Positions 1 to 13,624 of a stretch of 64,000 bases of DNA are shown piece after piece. Each line of letters starts with the position of its first letter. The first letter of the stretch is position 1. The notes beneath the pieces were generated by a model that worked only from the letters and a program-made list of their open reading frames with translations, ran no database searches and was not told the origin of the DNA. The position numbers and the translations under genes are program-made. The stretch covers positions 21,266,001 through 21,330,000 of the forward strand of contig NC_045704.1 of assembly GCF_009834535.1 (NCBI RefSeq). The letters are read 5' to 3'. Origin of the DNA: Camelus ferus (taxonomy: Eukaryota).

Positions 1-489
1 GGTCTTGTGGGTTGTTGTTGGGAACATTGACTTTTACCTGGAGTAGGGTCCAGTAAGCAGATGCCTCAAGGAGGACGCTGATGTAAAAGGTGTTCCTAGG
101 TACCTATAGCTGCATATAGGGTGGGCGTGGTGAGGAGGGAGCAGGGAGAACAGAGGAGGCTGCTGCCATAGTCCAGGTGGTAGAGGATGAAGGAAAGACC
201 AGGATGAGGGCCTGGGGTTAGGGGTGAGGGATGAAATTCTGGAAATATTTTTGGTGGAGCTACTGGGCCTGCCCATTAGAAGGATGAGGGGTGGAAGGCA
301 AAGTCAGCTGTTCTTGTTCAGTTTGGGAAGATTGTGGGCAGTCCAGGCTACAGACAGCCAGATATGATAGCTAAGCCATGATGATGGAAACAAGAAAGCC
401 TGGGCCCTGGGCTAGCTCCTGGAGGGCCTTCTAGGGGAGGGGTCCACTGGCAGATCGATCTATCCCCTAGACACCGCCAAAGCCATGTA

Positions 490-600
490 GCATGGGGATT
501 AAAAGCCCAGACTCTACAGCTAGGCCCCTTGGATTCAAGTCTTAACTCCATCACCTACTTGCTGTGTGCCCTTGGGCAAGTGGCTTAACTTCTCTGGGCC
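490..600 (+). mobile_element. MIR
   Basis: ggattcaagtcttaactcc.tcacctacttgctgtgtgcccttgggcaagtggcttaacttctctg. Confidence 0.75.
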
Positions 601-779
601 TGGTAAGTGCTGTGTGGGCACTATGAGATGATAATGACGATGAAGCTGATTAGAGGAATCTCTACAGAATCATCTGAGACATCCCTTGTATAGGGCGAGC
701 ACGGAGAGGGGATCAGGTCTGATATGTGAGGGAGATAAAATACCCATCACCATCACACACTTAGACCTCTACCCTAACT

Positions 780-1214
780 GGCCTTGTTCGGGGGCCCGCG
801 GGAAGGCGCTATCACAGCGGGATGGGCAAAACGAACTGTACCCATTTTCCCATCCCTCTCTTTGCGCTCTGGCCCCTGCTTCATCTTTCTCCTGTCTCCA
901 TGTCTCACATCCTTCTTCGTGGCCATTGCTTCTTCCTCTCCCCATCCTAGGTGTCTATCCCCTTTGCATCGCTGCCTCCAGCCCTTTCATCAATGCGACC
1001 AGCCTGGCGGTATCTCCGCCCCCGCGCCTGGTTGGGGGTGACACAGCGCATGCGCCTTCAGCGCCCCTCCCTCTCCACCCCCACCCCTCTTCGGCGTCTG
1101 GGCCTCGTCCCCTTCTCTCTGTCTCCTTCTCCCCCATCACTTCTCCCGGCACTGACACCCCATTACTCCAATTCCCCGGGTCTCAGCTTTGGTCTCCAGC
1201 CCCATCCACCCGAG
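780..1214 (+). promoter_or_regulatory. CLIP3: CpG-rich CLIP3 promoter / probable non-coding first exon
   Basis: Local CpG enrichment, NRF1-type palindrome GCGCATGCGC at 1046-1055, consensus donor GAG|GTAAGC at 1215, and acceptor CCCTAG| at 1529 ahead of the ATG exon. Confidence 0.55.
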
Positions 1215-1588
1215 GTAAGCTGGGTAGAGGGAGGCCTGCGGAGAAGGGGAGGGGCAAAGCATCCTGCATCCTGAGATAAACAAACCCGGGGAGGGGGCGG
1301 CCTATACTGAGGGGCCTGACGCGGGAGAAGAATGGGAGACAGGACCGGGTAATGGAAGTGGTAGGCGTTGGACCCATATACCAGGGTCCTCTGATGGATG
1401 ACTGGCGTCTCTGTGATGCCCCCAAATCCAGAGCTGGGGGCGTGGGAGCCATCCGGAGCCCTGGAAGCGTCTGGGGTCTCAGATTCCGGAGACCGTGGGG
1501 CACCCTCTCTAGCTAACCTCTGCCCCTAGGATTTGCCTGACGGCTGCCCCCAACTCTGCTCCTGCCCCCCTGAGGGCCACCAAGGACC

Positions 1589-4500
1589 ATGACTAAGACA
1601 GATCCCGCCCCGATGGCCCCGCCGCTCAGGGCGGAGGAAGAAGAGGAGGAGGAGGATGAGCCTGTCCCGGAGCCCCCCAGCCCCACCCAGGAGCGCCGGC
1701 AGAAGCCTGTTGTGCACCCCTCGGCACCTGCCCCCCTCCCCAAGGACTATGGTAACCACCCTCCCCACCCTGCAATATGGCCTGGAGCCTTGGGTGGCCA
1801 GGGAGGTTTGGCTGAACTCTGCTGGTGGAGATGGTGGGAGGATTCTGGAGCATTTGATGGTGGTCTGGAGGAGTCATGGCCCTTGGATCCCCACCCCCTT
1901 CATTAATTCATTGATTCACCCATTGGAGAATAGAATTGGGATAATCCTAATTTTTGATTCATGACACATCATTCAGTCATTTAGTCATTCAACATTTTTG
2001 AACGCCTGCTGTGGACCTCGGAGCTGGGGGCACAGCATGGAGCATGACAGACCCAGTCTTTGCCTGAGAGAACTCACAGGTGGCCTCAATAATGACTGCA
2101 CAAATAAGTATAACGATATAAGTATATAATTACAAGACGTGATGAGAATTGTGTTTGCCAAGAACAGGATTCTACAAGAGCTTTTTAAGATATGGTTTCC
2201 CTGAGGAAATAACATTTAAGGGAGACCTAAGGATGAGTTGGGGGTTAACAAGGGAAAGGCTCAGGGGAAGGGGGTTACCCAGGAGAGATTACCACAGGAG
2301 TAAAGTCTCCAAGAATGTAGCGCTGAGAGGGTGGCCTCTTGGAGAAACTGAAAGTGTCTACTCATTCACCAAGCAATATTTATCCATCATGACTACTCTG
2401 TGACAAGTCTTGTGTTGGGAGATGGAGATTTAATGGTGAGCAATCCAGGCATGATCCCTGCTCTCAGGAGAGAAGGTGAGACTAAACAAGTAACAAATGA
2501 ATCAGATAAGTTCAGACGAGTGAATGATATGAAAGAAATTAAAAGGTGGAGATATAATAGAAAATGGCTAGGGAGCAGCATCTTGAGGCAGAGTGGTCAG
2601 GGTGGGTCTTTCTGATGAGGTGGCATTTCGGTTGAGACCCAGAGCACGAGGAGGAATCAGCCATATAAGAGCTAGGGAAAGAGAGTTCCAGGCTGTAAGT
2701 GGCAAGTGCAAAAGCCCTGAGGCAGGATTGAACTTGGAACAGAGAAAATCATGGTGCTACCCTTAGGGAGTGAAGGGAGTTAAGGTCAGAGGTTGGCAGT
2801 GCCTAGATCTGGAAGGACCTTAAAGGCTAGTATGAGGACTTTAGATTTATCCTGAGTGTGATGAGGGGAGAGCAGTTGTAGGGGATGGGTATTTGAAAGC
2901 AGACAGGTGGTAGGTCTGATTTATATTTTTAACAGCTCCTTCTGGCTACTGAGCAGGAAAGGTGGAGCTCAGCCAGGATTGAATACAGGAAGGGCTTTTA
3001 GAAGATGTTGGCTGGGAATCCCCAGCAGCTGTAAGTTCAGAAACTAGATTCCAAGTTTTGAGAGTAGGCATCACCAAGATAGTGCAGGAGGGATGACATC
3101 TGTGGACATGTCACCCACTAGAGGTGGGTCGGGGTCAGGGAGGCCACAAGTTGCCCTCAGTCTGATAGAAAAATAAGAACTTTATCTGGGTGTCCGGGGT
3201 TGGATATTCACCCCAGGAAACTGGAAAATCTTCTCTGGAAATGTGGCTGGGGCCTGTGGGCCAGAGGGAAGTCTTAAAGAGTCTAGGGTGCCTGTCCCCT
3301 GCCCCCAGAATCCTGCCTGTAGAACAAGGAGGGTTTGGTTACAGAATGCAAAGGAATCTGAAAATATGATCTAGGACAGAGAGAAGGCTAAGGTGGATTC
3401 CAAAAGAAACTTGTGTATTTATTTAAGAAATTTGTACATTAATACCGTCAAGACTGACTGAGCACCTAGTGCCTGCCAGGTGCTGTGCTGGGCCCTGCGA
3501 ATAAGGGAGTGAACACGGCAGCATGGAAACAGCCAAGTGACATTTTTAAAGAAATAAAGAAGGGCAGAGGTGCTGATTTAGCCAAGATGGTCTGGGGAGG
3601 CCTCTCTGAAGCCTTCAGAAGATCTGAGGGAAGACTGGCCCAGGCAAGAAAAACAGCAAGCACAAAGCCCTGAGACAGGAATTTGTCGGGCGAGTTGGAA
3701 GGACAGAAGGAGGCCAGTGTGGCTCGAGGGGAATGAGTGAAGGGGGAGAGGGCAGAGAACAGAGGAGGCCAGTTTGTGCAGGGCCTGCGGGCTGGCATGA
3801 GGACTTTGGTTTGTAATCTGAGTGTGATGGGAGCCAGGGTTCCCAGCCAAGGAGCGCTGTGCTGTGACTGGGGTTTTAATAGGCTGATTCCTGGAGAACC
3901 CTCCTCCGCAGCTCTTCCCTGGGCTCTGTATCATCTGGTCATTCATTTGCTCATCCATTCAACGTGCGCTGCACTCCTGCCCTGTGCCAGGCCCTGTGTT
4001 GGGTGCTGACGTTACTACAGAGTCTAAGAGGGGAGATGCAGTTCCTCGGGGCACCACCCTGGCTAGTCACAGCTTGGACCCTGCTCATGGATATGTTTTG
4101 AAAAATTGGGGGAGATTTTTCATAAAAACTGTGATCTCTGGCTTTTTAATTTTCTTTACTCTGGAGATCTGGCCAACCTGTGCCCATGCTCTGACAGGGC
4201 AACAGGGGCCAGAGCAGCAGCAGCCACTGTTGGGCATGCTGGGCACCCCCTCATTTCAAGGGGTGGAGTTTGCTGCTACATAGGAATTGCCTGATCTTCC
4301 AGTTTTTCCAGACATGCTGGGCACCCACATTTTTAGGTGAAACCCTCCCAATTTTGAAACCCCGTGCTGGCCACACAGAAAATGCCTGTGGCCCATGTGC
4401 CACCAGTTTGAGACCCTGCATTAGAAGGTCTTAAAGGCAAAGACCTAGAACTCCCCTGCCTCAGGATGGAAGGAGGGGGTCACTTTGCCTGGGTGACCTC

Positions 4501-7500
4501 GGACCTCTCACTACCCCAGCCTTCACCTTCTTCGACCCCAACGACCCTGCCTGCCAGGAGATTCTGTTTGACCCGCAGACTACCATCCCTGAGCTGTTCG
4601 CCATTGTGCGCCAGTGGGTGCCCCAAGTCCAGCACAAAATCGATGTCATTGGCAATGAGGTAAGAACGCTGGGGAAGCCAGGGAGGAGACAGTGGGGTCC
4701 TTCACGTGTTTGGGTAACCCTGCTTGGTCCCCTGGTACTCCCAGATTCTGCGCCGAGGCTGCCACGTGAATGATCGTGATGGGCTGACTGACATGACACT
4801 GCTCCATTATGCTTGCAAGGCTGGGGCTCACGGAGTCGGTGAGGGTCCCAACCCCCAAACGACAAACCCAAAACCTAGGCTCCCACACCCGACACCTTCA
4901 GAACCCAGCCCGTGGACCCCCAACTTGAACCCGCAGCCTAAGATCCCAAAGGGTCTTCCCCATGCGCTGGGTCCACACTCTAGAGGAAGGGACCCAAGCT
5001 GACCCGGGCTGTCGCGCAGGGGACCCCGCGGCGGCTGTGCGCCTCTCTCAGCAGCTGCTCGCGCTGGGCGCGGACGTGACCCTGCGCAGCCGCTGGACCA
5101 ACATGAACGCGCTTCACTACGCGGCCTATTTCGATGTGCCCGACCTCGTGCGCGTGCTGCTGAAGGGCGCGCGGCCCAGAGGTGAGGAGGAGGGGCTGGG
5201 CTGGGAGGGGACAGGACCTAGACGAGGAAGGGGATCTGGAAGCAGAAGGAGGGTGCCCGGATGTGGGGAAAGGAGACGTGATGTGAAGCAGGCAGGGCAG
5301 GTGAGTGATGGGGCCTGGTGGGAGATACGGGTGGGAGGGGAGGCTGCAGGCAGAAGGTTGGCGAGATGGGGCTCAGTGGTCCATAACCCCATGGCCTGGC
5401 AGGAGCTGGTCAGGAGGGGAGTGGCCAAGGAGGGCAGGGCTCTGCGGTGGGGCGGGGCTCTGCAGCAGAGGCTGCGAGAGGCACTGAAGCCTGCGGTTTA
5501 AGAGATGGATGAAGAGATGGACTTCCGGAGGCTGGAAGGTACCAGGAGGGCTGGGGTGCCAAGGGCGCTCACCCGGAACCCTCCTCTCACCCACTTCCCA
5601 GTGGTGAACTCCACGTGCAGTGACTTCAACCACGGCTCAGCCCTGCACATCGCTGCCTCCAACCTGTGCCTGGGCGCGGCCAAATGCTTGCTGGAGCACG
5701 GCGCCAACCCAGCTCTTCGGGTACTGCCACCCTGGCCCAGCCCTGTTGTCTTCCTTCTCCTTCTTCCCCAATCCCTTTCCCGGCCAGCAGACCTATGGTG
5801 GGGAGGGGGCAGGACCACTTCAGTTTCTTGAAGCTCTCAAAATATGGCAAAAATCTTCTATACATTCAACAAATGTAACAGCTGACATTTACTTAGTGTT
5901 CATGATATGTCAGGTGAACCCTGTTTTGAGCCCTATTTTACAATGGAGAAACTGAGGCAGAAAGAGTGATTCGTCCAGGGTCACCCTGCAAGGAGTATCT
6001 TCTTTAAATCTGGGCTGGACCCATGGCTGTGTGTACACAGAGACCCTTGGCCCCCCATAAGCCCTCTATATGATCTTTGACCCCTGACCCATCCATTTCC
6101 AGGTCCTATCCCCAACATCAGTTTCTCTGCAGCATCCCAGGCACAGATATCGCAGGGGGACATGGCCTGCGCCCCTGAGGTTCTGCCTTTCCCCATTCTG
6201 CATTGGCCTAGCTGGACCCCTGAGCCAGTACCACACAGTACCATTTTCAGTGTTTGACCTTCACATGGTCCCATTCCAGGCTTGGGGTCTTGGCCTTGAG
6301 GCCGTGACCTACAGCTCCGAAGTGGGACCTTCATTCCCTATTGGCTCCACCCCAGTCCGACCCTCAATTATTTGACATCCCCAGCCTGAGGTCTTGAGTG
6401 GACTTCCCTGGGGACCGTGGTCTACACCTTAATGTCACACTCCTTCTATTTTCTTGTTGGTCCAGGGTATGACCTAGGCCCACCTCTGCTTCACCTAGAC
6501 CTGGGGTCTCTTGGTGGGGGGAAGGGGCTCAGTGGGGGTGTGGATTACATCACTGAGTTTTCACCCTCTCTCTTCATGTTGATGCCCAGAACCGAAAGGG
6601 ACAGGTGCCAGCGGAGGTGGTCCCAGACCCCATGGACATGTCCCTGGACAAGGCAGAGGCGGCACTGGTGGCCAAGGAGCTGCGGACACTGTTGGAGGAG
6701 GCTGTGCCACTCTCCTGTGCCCTCCCCAAGGTCACACTACCCAACTATGACAACGTCCCAGGCAATCTCATGCTCAGTGCACTGGGCCTGCGCCTGGGAG
6801 ACCGCGTGCTACTGGATGGCCAGAAGGTCAGGGACTGGAGCAGGGATGGGAGGGCAGGGCTCAGCCCTCATCCCTCAGAGATGGGTCCTTGGGCAGAGTG
6901 CAGCCTCTCCCCTTTGTCTGCCCACCCTCCTGATCATTCACACAGTATTGATTTCACCTCACAGTTGCTCTGTGAGTGCCTCCTTTGTGACCCACCCTAG
7001 GCTGAGCTCTCAGTCCATGTTGGAAGACAGATCCAACACCTGACAGTGACAGCCCAGAGCAGCCATGGCTGTCATGAGGAAGCACAAGCAGAGTGATCAG
7101 TGCAGCTCTGCCCCATTTGGGTCCCCCGGGCCTTTTAGTCCCCATGCAGGGCCCACTTGTGCTCCCAGGGTGATCAATACTTTGATTAGGAAAAAAGTAC
7201 AAGTCAGAGTGATCAAGGGTGTGATGGGGAAGACACACTTGAAGATGCAGATGAGTGAGCCAGGAGAAGAAAGGAAGGGGGGGGGGGTCTAAGGGAAAGG
7301 GAGCAGGTCTAAAGGCCCAGAGGACAGAGAGAATCTTCACTCATCCAGGAATTCCAAGTTTTATTCATTTACCTGGTGTCCCTCAGGCTCCATGCTGGAC
7401 CCAGCCCATCCTTGGGATAAAGGGCTGTGTTGGTCCCAGCCCTGCTCTCAGAGTTCCCTTTCTATTGAAGAAGAGACAGTCAATAAAGTAAGCCCATAGT

Positions 7501-10500
7501 TAAGATAATTTCTGGTAGCAACAAGGGCCTTGAAAACCATTAAATACTTGGATTTAGTAAATTGTCCCTGGCTGAGGGCAGAGGTTGTTTTTAGCTAGGG
7601 TGTTCTGAGACGGCTTCTCTGAAAAGCTAGGGTGGTATCTGATTGGAAGGAGCTCATCTTGCAAAAATATGGAGACACAGGAAACAGTAGGTACAAAGGC
7701 CTGGAGGAGGGAAGGGGTAGTGTAACAGGGGAGTTACCAAGGGAGGGTGAGGTGGAGAGGTTAGCAGAGGTTAGCAGATGACACCAGACCTGCAGGCCAC
7801 TGAAATGAATTTGCATTTTGTTTCTTTGCACAGAGAGAAACCCTAAAAGTCACATTTTATTTCCTAATCAAGAGTTTTGCATGAATCAACCCCATCTAGA
7901 AAGCTTCTATACATGATCTGATCAAATCCACGTGTGACAATTTTGAAAGCAGGATGGGTTGACTTTTCCCATTTTACAACACAGAAGACTGTACGAGGCT
8001 CAGAGAGGTGAAACCCTTTGTCTGAAGACATCACAATCTCTGCCCATAGAGGAGCAGCAGAGCACAATGGTTATAAGCTCAGGCTCAGGGATTTGCTCAG
8101 CCAAATCTTAGCTTTGCCACATACTAGCTGTGGGGCTTGGGGCCAGTGATTTCACCTCTCTGGACATCAGTTTCTTCATCTGTAAAATGGAGCTAACAGT
8201 AGCCACTTCAGCAGGTCATATGAGGTTTAAATGAGTTAAAATGTGTAAAGCCCTTAGAACAGGGCTTGATGCACACTAAGTGCCCTTTGTGTGTCAGGCA
8301 CTGCTCTGATCCCCACACCACTTCTTCAAAGTAGGCATTATTATTTAGCCCATTTTACAGACAAAGAGCTGAGGCTTAGAGAGGTGAGGGAACCTCACAC
8401 AATGATATTAGTCACACTCAGTGCAGCTAAGCAACTTTGTGTATATCAAAGATGTTTCAACCAGACAACCAGCCTATGAAGTGGATTGTTTTCCCCATTT
8501 TCCAGATGAAACTGAGGACTGTGAGTTATCAAAGTCACAGGATAATAAGAGTCAACACTTACTGATCCCTTACTCAGTAGCAGATCCTATTCTGAGGGTG
8601 TTAATTTCACTATAGCATTCATGTCCAATAGACCTTGTGATGATGGAAATGTTCTGTGTCTGTGTTATCCAATGCAGTAACCACAAGCCACCTGTGGCTA
8701 TTAAGCACTTGAAATGTGGCCAGTGTGATTGGGGAAATGATATTTTAATTTAATTTTAGTTAATTTAATTTGCCATATGTGGCCAGTGGCTATTTACTGC
8801 TTCCGACAGGGCAGCTTTGTAATGATCCTATAAGGTGGGTGTGAATTCTGTTCCCATTTTGCAGATGAGGATGTTGAGGCACAGTATGGTTAAGTCATAT
8901 GGCCAGTGAATGGTGATGTCCAAGCTGAGATTTGAGCCTGGGGCTTCCTCACCTGCCCCACCAGCTGCCTGTGTATCAGTGATCTGTGATGGCCTCCCAA
9001 GGCCCACCCAAACTATATCCTCCCTTGTTTCTGCAGACGGGCACACTGCGGTTCTGCGGGACCACCGAGTTCGCCAGTGGTCAGTGGGTGGGCGTGGAGC
9101 TGGATGAACCTGAGGGCAAGAATGATGGCAGTGTTGGGGGTGTCCGGTACTTCATCTGCCCTCCCAAGCAGGGTGAGTCCCACAGGGGCTCAAAAGGGTG
9201 GTGATGGTTTCCACTCAGTAGTTCTGATGCTGCCAGCTGAGGGGGTTGGGGGGTGATGGTGGGGCAGAGGGCAGAGGCTTGGACAACTCCCAGCCCAGGC
9301 TATGTCCCCCCAGGTCTCTTTGCCTCTGTGTCCAAGATCTCCAAGGCAGTGGACGCACCTCCCTCATCTGTTACCTCCACACCTCGGACTCCCCGGATGG
9401 ACTTCTCCCGCGTCACTGGCAAAGGCCGCAGGGAACACAAAGGTCAGAGCGGGAGCCCTGGGGCTGAGGAGAGCCAGTCTTGAGCATCTTCTGTGGGTAG
9501 CCCAGCTTCTGTGACTCAGTTTCTCCTCAGGCCCAAAGTCCCATTTTAGAGGACGATCTCTGAGTCCCTGACTTCTATGACTTAGTGTCTCCTTTGACTC
9601 AGTACTGGCCCCACCCGGTTCTTGAAAGGACCTGTGGGTTCCCTGCCCACTGTGACACAGTTTCTCGTCAGACCCAAAGGTTTTCTCCCAGTTTCAGGGA
9701 AGAATCTATGGGGTTCCTGGCTTTAGTGACTTGATTTATTCTCAGACCCAGTAGCCACTTCATTGTGAAAGGATAGTTTCTGGGTTCCTGACTTCTGAGA
9801 CTCAGTTTTTCCTTTGGCTTAAGTAGCCTCAACTTTGAGAAGGAGTTTTGGAATTCTCCAGGTTCTTGACTCAGTTTTCCCTCTGGCCTAAAGCCCCCAG
9901 CCCCAGTTATCTGACAACTGGGGATGTTTCCTTTCAAGCCCACCCACCCCCCAATTTGGAGGAAGGCTCTGCTTTTCCTCTGATTGGAACCAGGCAAGAG
10001 CTTCTACCTTGTGGCTTTCTGGTGACACAGGGTCCCCAGGGCTGGCATTTAGAGGCCTCTCCCTCACCCCTTGTACCCTCCAACCCCAGGCAAGAAGAAG
10101 CCCCCGTCATCCCCATCTCTGGGCAGCCTGCAGCAGCGCGACGGAGCCAAGGCTGAGGTTGGAGACCAGGTCCTCGTTGCAGGCCAGAAGCAAGGGATTG
10201 TGCGCTTCTATGGGAAGACAGACTTTGCCCCAGGTGAGGACAGATATCTGGGCTGGGGAGCAGGCAGGACCTTGAGGCATCCTGACACCCTCCTGCCGCA
10301 GGTTACTGGTACGGCATTGAGCTAGACCAGCCCACCGGGAAGCACGATGGCTCTGTCTTTGGCGTCCGGTACTTTACCTGCCCCCCAAAGCATGGAGTCT
10401 TTGCTCCAGCATCTCGAATTCAGAGGTGAGTCCAAACTCTGATCCCAAAACAGGGCACCACCCAGAGCCCTGATTTCTCCCTCAGGTGCCCTGGAGGGGT

Positions 10501-11637
10501 GTTCCTCCTCGTGGACCAGGAGGACAGTGTGGATACCCACCCCCACGCCCTAGCTCTTTCCTTGTAGGCTCCCTGGCGCACAGCTCCTGGCCAGACCCTG
10601 CCTGACCTCTTGTGGCTCTGACTCCTCCCACCCCTCGTGTCTCCCTAGGATTGGTGGATCCACCGATCCCCCTGGCGACAATGTTGGAGCCAAAAAAGTA
10701 CATCAAGTGACAAGTGAGTTGGGGGCTGGGTATGAGGAGGAGTGTGGGTTTGGGGATAGGAGGGAAGGTCATGGGTTCTCAGGTCTATGCTGGAGCAGAA
10801 TCTCCAGTGTTCATTTGGGACACAGGATCTGGGAAAATGATGAGACAGGATCCCCCAAAGGGTGGGTGCTATGGGGATGGGGATGTTAATGACAAGGCTC
10901 TGGGCAGGCACTGGAGACATGGGCAGGTCTTGGAAGACACAGGAAATATTATTGACGACAGGTCTAGATGGCTGTTGGGAATGCCAGCCCACCGGTAAGC
11001 ATGATGGCTTTATCTTTGGTGTCTAGTGGGATGTGGATAAGTATTAATGACAAGGAGTCTGGGTGGGTGTTGATAGACAGGTGGGTCTGCCATCCCCTCA
11101 CCTGAGACCTTGCCCTTCCCTTCAGTGTCGCAGCCCAAACGCACCTTCACAACAGTCCGGACTCCAAAGGACATTGCGTCAGAGAACTCCATCTCCAGGT
11201 GCGTAGCAACCCTTGGCCCCCTCTCCTGCGGGATATTCAGGAAAAGGCAATCACCAGGCCATTGGACACAGGGGTCTGGAGCTCTGGGTGGGGCTGGAAG
11301 TAGAGGTTAGGAAAACTTATGGTGAGTTAGCTTAGCCAGACACAGTCTTTACGGAGTGAGGCCCCACACTGAATTCTGGTGACTTCAGCTTTTTAGGGGC
11401 AGGTAGAGGAGGCAGAACATCCTCCGCCCCATGGGAGCCTGAGAAGGCACAGCCAGAGAGGCAGAGGCAGAATCCAGAAAGGCCAAATCCCAGACACGTG
11501 GGGAAGAGCTGGGGGGTGATGGGTCCAGATGCTCTCACCTGCTGCACCCTGCACCAGGGTGTGACACAGTTCTCTTCCCCAGGTTGCTCTTCTGCTGCTG
11601 GTTTCCCTGGATGCTGAGGGCGGAGATGCAGTCTTAG
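1589..11637 (+). CDS. CLIP3: CAP-Gly domain-containing linker protein 3 (CLIPR-59), 13 coding exons, 546 aa
   Basis: Exons 1589-1751, 4520-4659, 4745-4838, 5020-5181, 5602-5720, 6590-6826, 9037-9172, 9314-9442, 10090-10233, 10302-10425, 10649-10713, 11126-11198, 11583-11637. All introns are GT..AG and phases are consistent (1641 nt = 546 aa + stop). Translation runs [12 protein letters not shown]...[14 protein letters not shown], ankyrin repeats ([24 protein letters not shown]), two CAP-Gly domains ([26 protein letters not shown]), and ends [17 protein letters not shown], matching recalled human CLIP3. Confidence 0.97.
1900..3950 (-). mobile_element. Cluster of L2 fragments in CLIP3 intron
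   Basis: Several cattcattcaaca..atttatt/gagcacct starts and aaggccctgagg..gga...ggccagtgtggct blocks, typical of antisense L2 3' ends. Confidence 0.65.
7930..8530. mobile_element. MIR cluster
   Basis: cccattttacaa..agaagactg.ggctcagagagg; actagctgtggggcttgggcc...cagtttcttcatctgtaaaatgg; cccattttacagac...gaggcttagagagg. Confidence 0.7.
8620..8812. mobile_element. MER3-like hAT-Charlie MITE
   Basis: tccaataga...gatgatggaaatgttctg...agccacctgtggctattaagcacttgaaatgtggc...AT-rich core...tgtggccagtggcta; family assigned from recalled consensus. Confidence 0.75.
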
Positions 11638-13113
11638 AGGCCCTGGACATCCCACAAAGAGACACAGAGTCCCCTCTAGTGTCTCCTGACACAAGGAGCC
11701 CCCAAGTCACCCTGAGATAGAGATTCCCAGTAACACATCCAGAATAGAGACCCCCCCAGTAGCCAGCCCTCGATCACTGAGGCCCCATTATTAACAGATT
11801 CCCCCATGATAACTCCCCAAATACAGACCTTGTGTTACCCAGAAAGAGATTCCCTGAGTGTAGCACCTTCAGGCTAGTCCCTATCCCCAACCTCTCAGAG
11901 CAGACCCCCCAGTAACAGATTTCCACATCATTCCAAATGACGGTGACTTTCTCTACATAATGCTCCACAACAGAACATTTCTGAGTCACCTGTCACTGGA
12001 TCAGAACCCTTACCTATTAACAAAGACCCACCCCATCAAGTCCCCTTGAAAGAAACCCCTCCAGAACAACAGGGTAACAAACCCATATTTAATTTCAGTC
12101 CCCTCAAGATGCTGTGACCCCTGTGGTCACCCCAAACCCTTACACTACAATCAGAGACCCCCCTCCACTGACAAAAACCCCTGCTCTTACCCCTCAAGAA
12201 GAGACCCACATTAACCAGCCCACTGTCACCACCAATTTACAGACACCAAAACAGTCCTGGAAGTGCTAATTACAGGACCCCCAAGTCTTCCTATCCTCTG
12301 TACCCTCAAGAAACCCCCAGTGCCTTGTATGAAGCCCACCCCATGTGGCCCACAGTACCTGTGCTGGCCAGGCTCCCAGAAAATTCTCTATTTTTAAAGC
12401 AATTATTTCCCCCTTTGGGGGACCCCAAAATTTGGAGGTCCCATTCTGGGACTCTAAGCATCCTAAACCCCAGATTACATGTCCCAAACTTCCCTGTGCC
12501 CCAAGTCCTACATCCCCTAGGAGACCCCAAAGCCCTAACTCCCAGGACCCCCAAATCATGGAATCCCCAAATCCCCAGGGAACCCCAAATTTAAAAATCC
12601 AATCCCAAGCCCCGAGGAAACCCCAATCATGGAGGTCCTTGTGCCTGGGATGGAGGAGACTGCAGTCAGGATATGTATCCTGGGCTCCCAGGGCACCTTA
12701 GGCCCCATTCATAGGCCCCAGGAGACCCCAAACAGGAATTCTCATCCCTGGAACACAGAGAACTTCAATGCCCTGAGTCAGTAGATCTCAAGACACCCAA
12801 ATTCCAAGAGCCCTAGCCCCAAGGGAACCCCAAATCCTCAAACCTCCATCTCTAATAAATGAAGGGCACCAAGGCCTTGAGGGGATCCCAAATCCTCCAC
12901 TGCAGTCTACTTTCTGGTCACAGGTCCAAGACATTAAATCTTAAGTTACTGGCCCCGAAGGACCTCACAGCTCCCTGGCCAGACTATGCTCGAGGGAGAC
13001 CCTGAAGGCCCAGGCGGTCCACGGCAGACCTGGGGCCCTGAACACCAAGGACAGCTCACAACTGCCCCTTCACTGCATGTCCCCCAAACTCAGCATGACC
13101 CCCGACTCCCTTC

Positions 13114-13119
13114 AATAAA
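13114..13119 (+). terminator. CLIP3: CLIP3 polyadenylation signal (AATAAA)
   Basis: AATAAA about 1.5 kb after the stop codon; a second AATAAA lies at 12854-12859. Confidence 0.6.
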
Positions 13120-13249
13120 GACGTTTCTATGGCTCTCTGCGTTGGGTCTGTGTTTGGCGAGTTACGGCCTTGCCTCTGTATCCTTGCTGGGGGAGGATGG
13201 CAGAGGAAGTTCATACCTCAAGCTCGCCTCCCTGCGGCTTGGATATAAG

Positions 13250-13624
13250 ATCGCCTAGCCTGTGGGAAGTCCATCTAACAGTCGCGTTTTTCCTGAGGCC
13301 GCCACAGCTGCCCCTCGGCGCTGGGCTCTCTCCGCAGTGTGGACAGGTTCTGTTCTGGCGCTCTGATTGGCCGCTGCCAGAAGAAGACGCGTTTCTGAAA
13401 GATCCCCAATGGCTCAGAGGCCAGGAGGTACAGCCTATCACCGAACGAAGCTGAAGGGGCGGGGCAATATTGTGTGAGAGCGCCGATTGGGTGGAAGGCG
13501 GAGCCTTAGAGCCTTTGAGAACTCCCATTGGTCCGAGGACTCTGCGTCAGGCATGTGGGGCGGAAGTGGCTGGGAAGGGAATGGGGGTGTTGAATTTGGA
13601 TTTTGGAGGGGACACTGGTGGACG
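13250..13624 (+). promoter_or_regulatory. ALKBH6: ALKBH6 CpG promoter and first exon
   Basis: CpG-rich, with several CCAAT/ATTGG boxes, a GC box GGGGCGGGG near 13456, an ETS site CGGAAGTG at 13561 and a donor CG|GTCAGT at 13625. The exon translates GMGVLNLDFGGDTGGR, resembling the N-terminal extension of the recalled long human ALKBH6 isoform. Confidence 0.7.
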
